Source of the DNA: Ginglymostoma cirratum
Lineage: Eukaryota
Assembly: GCA_024137785.1 (NCBI GenBank)
Contig: JAHRHZ010000002.1
Span: 23,221,408-23,285,407, forward strand
Direction of reading: 5' to 3'
Length of the DNA: 64,000 nt
The position numbers and the translations under genes are program-made. This document shows, in pieces, positions 47,395 to 58,600 of this stretch. The first letter of the stretch is position 1; every line of letters begins with the position of its first letter. The notes below the pieces were generated by a model. That model ran no database searches. It was not told the origin of the DNA and was given only the letters and a program-made list of their open reading frames with translations.

Positions 47395-48599
47395 TAAATG
47401 CTGGGATACTCTGCAGATCTAGCTGCAACACTGGAAAGAACAGAGCTAAAGTTTAAGGCCAATAACACTTTGACAAGGCTTTGGCTGAAAATATTAGTTC
47501 TGTTTCTCTGCAAGTACTGCTAAAATTGCTGGATATTTACAGCATTTTCTGTGTTTACTTCTTATTTTCCTCCCCATTGCCTGTCTCTCTTTCTTTAAGA
47601 CATTCCTTAAAACTATGTATTTGACAGTTTTTGGTCACTTGCCCACTGACTTAGCATTACCTTGTGGATCTCAATTTTGCTGTTTTATAATGTCCCTGAC
47701 GGTGCCTTAGGACTATGTAAATATATTGTTTAATATTTCAGGACTATATATACCTCAAACATAAAAAAAGTTCATACAATATCATTTTGCTGTGAATTAA
47801 ATTGGTTAATGTGTTTTAACATTTAACATTTCAAGAATACTTAATTTGGTTGTAAAGCAATTTCAGAGATCTTATGGTTGTGAAAGGCACTTTAAATGCA
47901 TGAACTAAATGTGGTTGTCAGAGTTCCTTAGAGTTACAATGGATTCAATGTCAATTTGCTGCTGCCTTCATCAGCCCAGTGATGACAAGAAAGTTGAGAA
48001 AATATAGTGGGACTGAGAAAACATCAGATTTCCACAGTTAAGGAAAGAAATCTCTAATTTTCTCAATTTTTAAACAATGAGTTCTGAAACCAGCTGAGCA
48101 GCAATTACCATAGTTCCACGTGTGTGTATCTCATCATTTGCTAAACCTGCCTTATTTCTACAGAGCTTCCAATTCTCCTATTGTTCCCCACGAAACTAGA
48201 CAGTGCCAATTCCCAACATGGAGGTTGGTGTGGTTAGCTTCTCCAGACAGTTGTACCTTCACCACCATGTCCTTGCAAAATCACTGGACACTAAACTCTT
48301 CCACCCTTTATCCAACAAAGTAGACACTGGCCATCTACCAGCCTCACAACATGGCTGCATTCAGATCAACTCACACCACCTCAGCCATAAGGACTTGACT
48401 TTGGAATTAATGGAGTCCTGTGCCTTGCATGCTTCTTCAAGGTCACTTGGCCACAGACACTCATCACCCACCTTAAAGTCTCCCCAAAAGCAAACACTTT
48501 CAAATAAAAATAAAATAATGAAATGCAAGTTAATTCTGTTTACCTCCAAAAATTCTGTCATTCCCCAGTACTCTCTATTTTTATTTCTGACGCCCAACA

Positions 48600-50320
48600 A
48601 AAGACCACAAGATGCAGAAGCAGAACATTCAGCATGACAAGTCTGCTTTGCCATTCGTTGAGATCAAAGCTGATCTGATAGTCTTCAACTTCCCTGCCTT
48701 TTCCCTATAATTCTTCATTCCTTGACTGATTAAAAATCTGTTTATCTCAGCCTTGAATGTACTTAACAACCCAGCTTGGACAGCTCTCTGCAGTAAAGAA
48801 TTCCACAAATTCAGTACACTTGAGTCACAGAGTTATACAGCACAGAAGACCCTTCAGTCTAACTTGTCCACACTGACCAAGTTTCCCAAACTAGACTAGA
48901 TGCTACTTGCCTGCATTGGCCTAGATCTCTCTAAACCTTTCCTATTAAATGTACCTGTCCAAATGTGCCCCCAAGTTTTAAACTCACCCATCCTGGGGAA
49001 GAGACTTTTTCTATTCTTATCTATGCCCCTCATGATTTTATAAACCTCTAAGGCCACCCTTCAGCCTCTTCTTCTCCAGTGAAAGAAAAAAGGTCCAAGC
49101 CTATCTTTATAATTAAAACCCTCCAATCCTGGTACCATCCTTGTAAGTCTTTTCTGAACCCTCTCCAAAATAATGATATCCTTCCTATAGCAGGGTGACC
49201 AGAACAGTACACAGTACTTTAAAAGTGGCCTCACCAACATCCTGTACAACCTCAATATGATATCCCAACTCCTGTACACAATGGTCTGGGCAATGAAGGC
49301 AAGAGTGCTAAATGCCTTCTTCACCACCCTGTCTACTTGTGGTACAACTTTCAAAAGAACTATGTACCTGAAGCCCTAAGTTTCTCTGTTCGACAACACT
49401 ACGCAAGGTGCTACTAACTATACAAATCCTGGACTTGTTTGTTTTACCAAAATGCAATACCTCATTTATCCAAATTAAACTCCATCTGCCACTCCTCAGG
49501 CCATTGGCCCAATTGATCAAGATCCCTTTGTAAGCTTAAGTATTCTTATTTGCCCCTCATTTGACTGTACCGTCAATTTTGGTGTCATCTGCAAACTTGC
49601 TAACCATGTCTTGTGAATTCTCATCCAAATTGTTTACATAAATGACAAACAATCCAATCCCTGCAGAACAGCACTGGTCACAGCCCTCTAGTCCAAAATA
49701 GAAACCCCTACCAACCTCTGAATCTTACTGTCACGCCAATTTTGTATCCAATTGGCAAATTCACCCTGAATCTCATGTGATCTAATTTACTAATTACTCA
49801 GCAGAAATTCCTCCTCATTTCTGTCTTAAACGGTGATGTCTTAATCTGAGATTATGTCCTCTGGTCTAGACTCTCCCACAAGAGGAAACAATCTTTCCAC
49901 ATCTACCCCATCAAGTTATCTAAAGGTCTCTTGCATTTCAATAATGTGGTGTCTCATTCTTCTAAGTTCTAATGAGTAGACTCATTATTTCAACATTAGA
50001 CAGTCCATCCATACCTTGTTCTAAAACAGAAATTGCTGGTGAAAATTAGCAGGTCTGACAGCATCTGTGGGGAGAAAGCAGAGTTAACATTTTGAGTCCA
50101 GCGACTTTTCATCAGAATTCATACCTGGTATCAGCCTAGTAAATATTCCCCAAACTGCCTCCATTGTTCATATAAGTTTCCACAGATAAGGGGCTGGAAA
50201 CTGTTCAGTATTCCAGCTGTAGTCTGACCAGTGCTTTGTATAGCTTTACTAAAATCTCCCGACTGTATACTCCAATCCCTTTGAATTAAGGGCCAATATT
50301 CCATTTCCTTCCCTAATACA
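48600..50320 (-). mobile_element. Nested CR1-type LINE fragments
   Basis: ORFs 49061-49354(-) VDRVVKKAF..LYRMLVRPLL.YC..FWSP and 49308-49520(-); KFADDTK at ~49580. Confidence 0.8.
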
Positions 50321-50489
50321 AAGTTAGCAGCAAGTTCGGTGGAAATGATTCAAGGATATACAATATCTTGTGCTGATTAAACATGGTGCTGTTGCTGCTT
50401 TGCTCTGATTCTGGATGTCAGCAATAGCTAGTCTTCCTGTTACATTTATATTTATTTCAATGGGTAAAAAATGACACCATCTAGGACAA

Positions 50490-50592
50490 GAGATAACAAG
50501 GTGTAGAGCTGGATGAGCACAGCAGGCCAAGCAGCATCAGAGGAGCAGAAAAGCTGACGTTTCGGGTCTAGACCCTTCTTCAGAAAAAAAAT
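50490..50592 (-). mobile_element. Short Penelope-derived element with intact hammerhead core
   Basis: 12-bp TSD CATCTAGGACAA at 50478-50489 and 50593-50604; minus strand CTGAAGAAGGGTCTAGACCCGAAACGTC at 50556-50583. Confidence 0.82.
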
Positions 50593-51059
50593 CATCTAGG
50601 ACAATGCACCCTTCCTTGATTGGCACCACATCCACAAGCATCCATTCCTTTCACCACTGACGCTCAGTAGTAGCGGTGTGTACTATTTACAAGATGCACT
50701 GCAGAAATTTACCAAGGCTCGTTAGGAAGGACCTTCCAAACTCACAACCACTTTCAAGGCGGCAGGTATACGGAAACACCACCACCTGCAAGTTTCCTCT
50801 TGTTTCAAAAATATTATTTATTCATTAAAAAATCTTTGTGTATATAAACAAAGTCACAAACGTAGTCTTGTTCTGTACAGTATCATATCAAGACAAACAT
50901 TTGCATTTGGAGTATCTAAAGAAACCGAAGACCTCCTTTTCAAATACATGACTATATTTACATACTTTTGATGCACCGAGAGGGTCTGATAACTGACCAA
51001 ACCTCCCCCCATCTAACTTCAGCAGGAATGCCTTAGAATTTAAAGGCTGGCACAACCAG

Positions 51060-51740
51060 CTACGCCCACATCCCGCTAATAAGAAAAAAAATACCCTGTC
51101 ATAAAATGTTATTTTAAGAACGCTTTCATTAGTTTATTTACCAATCCCTTGCACGGTTTCACTCTCTCTGATCCGCCCATTTTTACGAACTTTGAAATCA
51201 TTTCCCTTTTGCTTTCGACAGCGGCTGAAATTTCTCTCCTTCTGTTGAGGGTTAATAACTCCACATTAAAAGATGCTGTTTTTTGTTGCCGTGTAGTGCT
51301 CACAGACCCGCCGAGAATGAACAGGGACAAGGTGTTCGCTGAAACGTCTGAATAATAACCCATTGAGACAGGACCTAGCTGCTCACCAAGTTCGTGGGTT
51401 CCGGAAGCCTTCGCCTCACAGAGATTTGGGTGAGAATCGTGGATTTCAAGCACTTACTTAGGATATAATTACCAGGAATCGTTCAGTACTAAAATACGCT
51501 GCCGTATTCCAGGGGAAGAGGCTGGGGAATTCAGGGTGTGTTCCAGCCAATGTACAACCGGAAAGAAATCCCCACCCTTCCCTATGGCCTTACACCCAGG
51601 CTTCTTAGGCTTGTGTTTATAGAGCGCCGTTCATACCCTCAATACATTTCAAATATTTTGCACTCAGTAAAGTGCAGAACTTCTGAAACCAGATGCTGTT
51701 CGAATATAGGACACAACGCACAGAAATGCGCACAAGATCC
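51060..51740. promoter_or_regulatory. CpG-enriched region; candidate promoter of the butyrophilin-like gene
   Basis: CG-rich unique sequence; ISRE-like GGTTTCACTCTC 51155-51166; CCGGAAG 51401-51407; NF-kB-like 51524-51533 and 51564-51573; CCAAT 51547. Confidence 0.4.
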
Positions 51741-51759
51741 AAAGTCAGTAATTTAATTC

Positions 51760-51882
51760 AGAGATAGTAGGAACTGCAGATGCTGGAGAATCTGAGATAA
51801 TAAGGTGTAGAGTTGGATGAACACAGCAGGCCAAGCAGCATCATAGGAGCAGGAAAGCTTGTCGTTTCGCGCCTAGACCCCT
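51760..51882 (-). mobile_element. Short Penelope-derived element
   Basis: Near-identical to 41402-41520; no clear TSD. Confidence 0.7.
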
Positions 51883-52619
51883 CCGTTTTATTTTAAAGAC
51901 AATATTAATTTGAATTGAGATGTTGTCTGGAACTTGGGGGTGGAGAAAGACCCTCACGCCATTTTGAGAAAGGCATCTATCTTTTATATTTAAACTAGGA
52001 CCAGACTAGGCCATTTATTATGGAGTCTTGCTGTGCTTGTGTGTCAGAAGAATGATCCTTATTTTAACGGTCTTAGGTTTTAGGCTAACGGTCTTAGCCT
52101 TCTCCTTGCCTCTTGGTGATGGGTTGTTGAATGAAAAGAGAATTTTGGACAAGGAGCCAGTTGCATTTGAGTTATTCAGCACTGACCAGGAAATGTACAT
52201 GCTACAGGTGAAAGGAGTAAAGTGGTGTCAAAGTTGTCTCCTTGGTTGCTTGCTGAATGAACACATTTAGCATGTAAAGGCTGGTTTTTTATTGGACAAG
52301 GTTATTGACTGTGGGCAAAGCCACAAACACAAAGCTAGGCTGCTGTCGGGAGGCACTTCTTCCTGCAAAAGATGGCCGAAATCTGAAGTTCCATCCTTCT
52401 AAGAAACCGCTGATGCTGGAAATCAATTGACAATGACAAAAATAGATTCTTGTAAAAGCGAAATACTGTGGATCCTGGAATTCGGAAATGAAAATGGAAA
52501 ATATTGAGTATACCTTTATCGTAGGATAGGTAACATCTGTGAAGAGAGAACCCATTTCAGGTTGATGACTTGCTTGATCTCTTGTTCCACAAGTTTTACA
52601 GAACCTTGTTAGTAATGAT

Positions 52620-53000
52620 TTTAGGGTTAGTTATTAGAGAATTAGCTCACAGGCAGGAAACTGAGTGGGGATAAAGAGTTATTTTCAGATTGGCAATGGG
52701 GAACCAATGGGGTTCCACAAGGAACAGTGCTGGGATCACAACTGCTTACAATATATATTAATGACTTGTAGGAAGGAAGCAAATATACTTCAGCCAAATT
52801 TACAGAGCACACAAAAATAGGTAGAAAGGCAAGTTGTGACAGGGATGGAAACAGTTTAGAGATTGAGTGGGCAAAAAGTTGGCAAATGGAGCATAATTTG
52901 GGAGAATGTGAAGTTGTTCATTTTGGAAGCGAAAGCAAAAGAACAGTATCATTTTAATGGAGAAAATCAGCAGAAAGCTGGACAGGACTTGGGGACACAT
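52620..53000 (+). mobile_element. Old CR1-type LINE fragment
   Basis: GVPQGTVLG, IYINDL relics. Confidence 0.6.
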
Positions 53001-53992
53001 GTGCCATGGCATGCATTTGGACTCCTTGGAGGGCTGGTTGGTCCAGTAGATTGGATGACAAAAGTGGATCACAGTAGTGCTAACAGCATGAGATTCAGTT
53101 CCCTTTCCAGCTGCCAGAGGATTCAATACCTGCTGTCTTGCACTATCTGTGATAGACATTGTGGATGTGAGTCAGACCTGCCCTCGAGAAAAAGAATGAA
53201 ATGTATTTATTTATTTGAGAAACACATAGGTCTATTGAAGTATTAGCTTTTTAGAAACAATAACCAAGATAGCCAGGTATCATGGACATCCGTGCACATG
53301 CAAATGAACTACACAATGGCTCTCGATTCTTGTGCTCTTTGTTGCAGCAAGATGATACGTGCCACTTCTCTAGCTCCAGGCCTGTTTCACACTGCAACTT
53401 TTACCAGACAGTCAGCTTTCAGGTTTAATTGTTTTTCTTGTGATTTTGTTAAGTATTTTGGGTGAAGGCTGGTTCTCCCCTCCTGTAACAGCACAACCAT
53501 GTGACCAAGTTAACAATTAAACTTTTTAAGCAAGTAAGACCTCATTGTTTTGGATCCAAGTTCCAGATTTGATAATGGGAGTAAAAGAATACCAATTGGT
53601 TTCGATAATAGATGTGATATCTTAAAAGATATGTCATGCAAAGATACATTTTATTGATTTTTAACCAGTTGACTTTAACATTATGTATTGAGAGTTACAG
53701 GTTGCTCTTTGCCAGTACCAGCTGCAAGATCGATCAGGATTTGTCCAAGTTTTGTTTGTGATTAGTTTCTCACTTCTTTATTTTTAAATGTAATTTCACT
53801 GCACTCTTATTTTTCCCAAATGTTGCCATATTTAGGGAGCCAATCACCTAATCCAGCCAGGCAGGATGTTGCTGACAATGTTGCAGCTTCATAGATGTGG
53901 GAATTGATTCCCCCCTAGTGTGTAGTATCAAAGGACCAGCCTAGGAAGTGGAAATATTGATGCAAAATTGGATGTGATTGATACAAATAAGA

Positions 53993-54335
53993 AGTGGTTA
54001 GCTCTGCTGCCTCACAGAGACAGGGACCCAGGTTTGGTTCCACCCTCTGGTGCGTGTCTGTGGGGAATTTGCACGTTCTCCCCGTGTCTGTGTGTGTGTT
54101 TCCTCTGGGTGCCCAGGCCTCCTCCCATAGTCCAAAAATGTGCAAGTTAGGTGGATTGGCCATGCTCTTTTACCCATAGTGTCCAGGGATGTTTGCATGA
54201 GTTGGATTAGCCATGAAAAATGCAGGGTTACAGGAATAGGGTAAGGGGGTGGGTCTAGGTGGGAATACTGTTCGGAGGGTGTGTGGACTCGATGTGCCGA
54301 ATGGCCTGCTTTTTGCACTGTAGGAATTCTATGAA
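53993..54335 (+). mobile_element. HE1-type SINE
   Basis: GTGGTTAGC.CTGCTGCCTCACAG head and GGAATTCTATGA tail. Confidence 0.82.
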
Positions 54336-54508
54336 CATGTGACAGGTGAAGAACCAAACGTGGCACCCTTCTGGAGTCTATTATTATGGGATAAAGTAGC
54401 TGAGCCATTACAGATCTTCATGTTGAAATCACATGTTTTCAATTGCAGTGATGTTAGACTAGTATAAGACTGGTAGCTCATTTTAACATTGTTTGACTTC
54501 CCTCTGAC

Positions 54509-55449
54509 TGTGATGGACCTATTCAGTTGAAGGTATGATGGTTGGTGACGTATGTTGTGTATGAGGAACTGGAGGTCGAGACTTGCCAGGTGTAAGGGAG
54601 ATGGGGAATGAACAGTGGGGAATTATTTGTCTTAAGCAAGATTGTAACTCTGCTTTGTAACAATACTGCGGCTTTAAGAGGTGTATCTTGTCCTTTATTT
54701 CTACGAAGAAAGGTTGAGACAGAGGTGTTGAGTAGTCTGCTCTGAAGCCAATAAAGTAAACAGCTTGGGGCCTTGGGCTTTTTCTTGAAAGTTGGAGCAG
54801 TAGAAACAGCATGATGGGGTGGACTCAAGCTCCTGAGGTTCAGTTGCAGTCGCTGGAGTCTTGAAGCTGGATGTAGAAGCTCTTATTCCTCTCTCTGTTA
54901 CAGCTACAACATTGGGTTCGCTTCCTGCTGCTAGAATTGCATGTGAGACAATCTATTTTACTGAATTTGCCTTTGCCAAGGGTGTGTTTATGGTATGTTA
55001 TTATATTGGAATAGTTAGTTAGTAGTGGTCGATATATATATTCATATGTGTATTATTTTGATAAGCATTTTGATAGAGTAAAGGTTAAACTAATTTATTA
55101 TATTTTGTCTGCATTTTAATTAAAATGCAATGAGTAAAATGTTAGAAACAAAAGAACTGTGGATGCTGTAAATCAGAAACAAAAACAGAAGTTGCTGTTC
55201 GAGAAAGGGTCATCAGACCCAAAACATTAACTTTGATTTCTCTTCACAGAAGTTCTCAGACCTGCTGAGTTTTTCCAGCAACTTCTGTTGTTGTTCATAA
55301 AACAAGTGTGTTTTGGTTTCAAGCCTGGTAATTTGATTGAATTGCATCTGGAACACAATGCCTTACACTTGCCTCTAAAATAAGAAAAAGTTAAGGTCTA
55401 GGCTATCTTCCTAACATAATTTGAGGGTGTTTGGTCTGGTCTAATGACA
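54509..55449. mobile_element. Putative solo LTR, containing a Penelope-derived insertion at ~55145-55300
   Basis: TG...CA ends with imperfect terminal inverted repeat TGTGATGGACC / GGTCTAATGACA; no TSD found. Confidence 0.4.
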
Positions 55450-55598
55450 GCTTTATAACAGAAATTTCATAAATTGTTGCAATTGTTCATATTTTAGCAC
55501 CCTTCAGCTTAATTTCAGTGCGATTTGATTATTTTGACGCTCTCTTCAAAAGGTTAACAAGGATTTTCTTTGAGGTAATCAATTAAATCTGCGCAAAG

Positions 55599-55659
55599 AT
55601 GAACAGAAGACGTGTCAGTGTTGTGCTCCTATTCAGTATTCTTCAATTTGCAATGCTAG
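55599..55659 (+). CDS. BTN-like signal peptide exon (MNRRRVSVVLLFSILQFAML)
   Basis: AAGATG context; basic N-region plus hydrophobic core; G|gtaaga phase-1 donor. Confidence 0.75.
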
Positions 55660-58600
55660 GTAAGAAAGAGTTTTTACATGAAATCTTATTTGTCTGGCCC
55701 TATAAGGGTTACTACATTTGAGGTGAACAATTTTGGGCAACAGGAAAATTAATTTGACATAGGACAACCATCCACTTGTGACTAGATTATCATAGTGATT
55801 CTGTTTCTAAACTAATTATGTGAAATCCAAACTAATAATGCAGAGGCATGAAGTCCTATCATAGCAACTGGGAAGTTTATATTCAACAAAATAAATCTGG
55901 AATAAAAAGTTGGTCTCTGTAATGGTGGCCGTGAACATACGGGATTTACTGACAAGGTTCAAATAATGCTAAAGTAGTCCTTGGTCTCTTGTCTGACAAC
56001 CCTTTGCTCAGTCAGTGTTTTATTGCTACTGAGATCACAAGATGGCATGGTGGCTCAAGTGGTTAGCACAGCTGCCTCACAGCACTAGGGACCCATGTTC
56101 AATTCCAGTGTCGGGCAAAAGTCTGTGTGGAGTTTGCACATTCTCCGTGTGTCTGCGTGGGTTTTCTCCGGGTGCTCCGGTTTCCCCTCTCAGTCCAGAG
56201 ATGCACAGGCTAGGTGAGTTGGCTGTGCTAAATTGCCTGTAGTGTTCAGGGATGTGTAGATTTGGTGGGTTATAGGGGGATGGGTCTGGGTGGCATGCTC
56301 TGAGGTTTGATGTGGACTTGTTGGGTCGAAGGGTCTGTTTCCACACTGTAAGGATTCTAAGATTCATTCTATGAAGATAAATACTGATGAGCAAGCCAGT
56401 TTGGTCTGTGTTTGTTCAGTCATCTAGAGATTTCTTCCAAGCCCCATGTCAGCATCCAGGAATTTTTGCCTCCACATCTCTTCCTGAGAATCTATTCCTT
56501 GTCGCTGTCCTGTGTGAAGAATTTCCCAATATAGTCGTACTTTGGAACCCTTGTCGCACCCTGGAAATTTAAATTCATATAGTGCCTCCTACTTATTCTT
56601 CCCATTACCTAAACTGTATTTATAAATATACCCATAAGACTTTCTTTGCATCTTATTGAAAAAGTCCAAGCCTCTTTTCACAACTGACCTTTGGCATCAT
56701 GGTGGATCAGCTTTGTGGCTCCTTCTGTCCAGCAATTTAATCAATTCCAGCATCTCTTTGGCAAAAATGTTTCAATGCTTTGTCAACTTTGGCAGAACAC
56801 AAATTCAGCTAAGTTTCCTAAATGTCTTTCAGAAACATGCTTGGCTAACATGTTGAAATTTGAATATTGACTGAATGAGATCAGAACCTTAACTTTAACA
56901 GCTGCAGCAGCATAATTTGTACAGTTTTCAACCTTTTGGAGATCACTTGACTTCAATGTGAGCTTTTCTTGAGAAATAAAAAAAGTTCAAACTTGAGAGG
57001 GATTTGTTTGGAAGTCGCTCTCTGTCTTTCTCTTTCTCCCTGGAACTGGTAGGAATGTGAAGTGAAGAATCATAGAATCCCTACAGTGTGGAAGTGGGCC
57101 ATTTGGCCTGTCAAGTCCACACAGAACCCCTCCCCCACCCCCGTAACCCTCTATTTCCTATGGCTAACCCACTTAGTCTTCAGCCCTGGACTCTCTGGGC
57201 AATATAGCATGGCCATAGTGTCCAGGAATATGCAAGATAAGTAGGTTAACCATAGGAAATTACTGAATCAAATTGGTTTTTCTGACAAACCGCAATGGAT
57301 TCACAGTCATCATTAGACTCTTAATTCCAGATGTTTATTGTTCAAATTTATGTTTTATGTACATTCAGGATTTAGATGTTCAATTTCACAATCTGCCATG
57401 CCAGGATTTGTAACTGGGTCTCTGGATTAACAGTCCAGCAATAATACCACTAGGCCATTGCTTCCCCTTTTCCATTTTGTGTAATTAACTTATTGTCTTT
57501 AGGTACATCAGTAGCCTCATGAATATGTTCAGTGACTGACCAACACGTATCTGAATTTTAAACAATAGTCTTGTAGCTTATCATGCCTAGTTTCACTCCG
57601 AGATCTTACTTGTTCTGTATTACCATCAGCTAGAATCATGGCACTGATGACATCGTTTAAAATATTATATTCCAGCAGAGACATTTGATGTCATTGGTTC
57701 AAAACATCCCATAATAGTCACTGTGGATGATGATGCTGTATTACCATGCCATGTGGAACCAGGTACATCATTGAAAGATCTGGAGGTTCGATGGTTTAGG
57801 TCAGACTTTACTTCGCCAGTCCATTTATATGCCAATAAACAGGATCGACCCAATTTGCAGGATAAAGCTTACCGAGAAAGAACTGAACTTTTTAACAGTG
57901 AGTTCCCCCATGGAAATGCCTCTCTCAGACTGAAGAAAGTGAAAGCATCAGATGAAGGGACCTACACGTGTTTTATTGACTTCAAATCAAGCTATGAGGA
58001 AGCAGTGATAAATCTCAAAGTTGGAGGTGAGTACACACTGTTACAATTTTCAAGTTGGCAAGAATTTTTTTAAAACGCTGTAACTTCAAAGCTAATATTA
58101 CATGAAAATGAAATGAAAGTGAGCTGAAAATAAAAGCTATTTGTGAATAAACCACACAGTGCTATCATTAGAGTTTCACACTGAAAATCTATGCTAGTAT
58201 TCAATTAAAATTATCCGATTGTATCATCACAGTTTAAATATGTTTGATTTCATTTTCAGAACCGTTCTTTCTCTTTCTTCGCATTAAGAAAATTTATGGA
58301 TGACTGTGTTTTAAATATTTATTCGGAGGCCTCGCATTTGTTGGACATAAGAGTTCATTCGGCTTATTTTTATTTTCAGTTTATTGATTCAAGTGAAGAC
58401 AGTGGGTGGTATTTTGTTCATCACAGCTATTAAACCAGGATGACAGCTCTTTACTTTGGGAACAACAGGTGTCCTAAACCTTTAACACATACTGGGCAGC
58501 ACAGTGGCTCAGTGGTTAGCACCGCAGCCTCAGAGCGCCAGGGACCTGTGTCCGATTCCACTCTCGGCTGACTGTCTGTGTGGAGTTTGCACGTTCTCCT

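Noticed and set aside
52028-52270. Hydrophobic 80-aa ORF as BTN leader exon
   Set aside because: Starts at TTG, lacks convincing phase-1 splice signals, and a better leader exon exists at 55599-55659.
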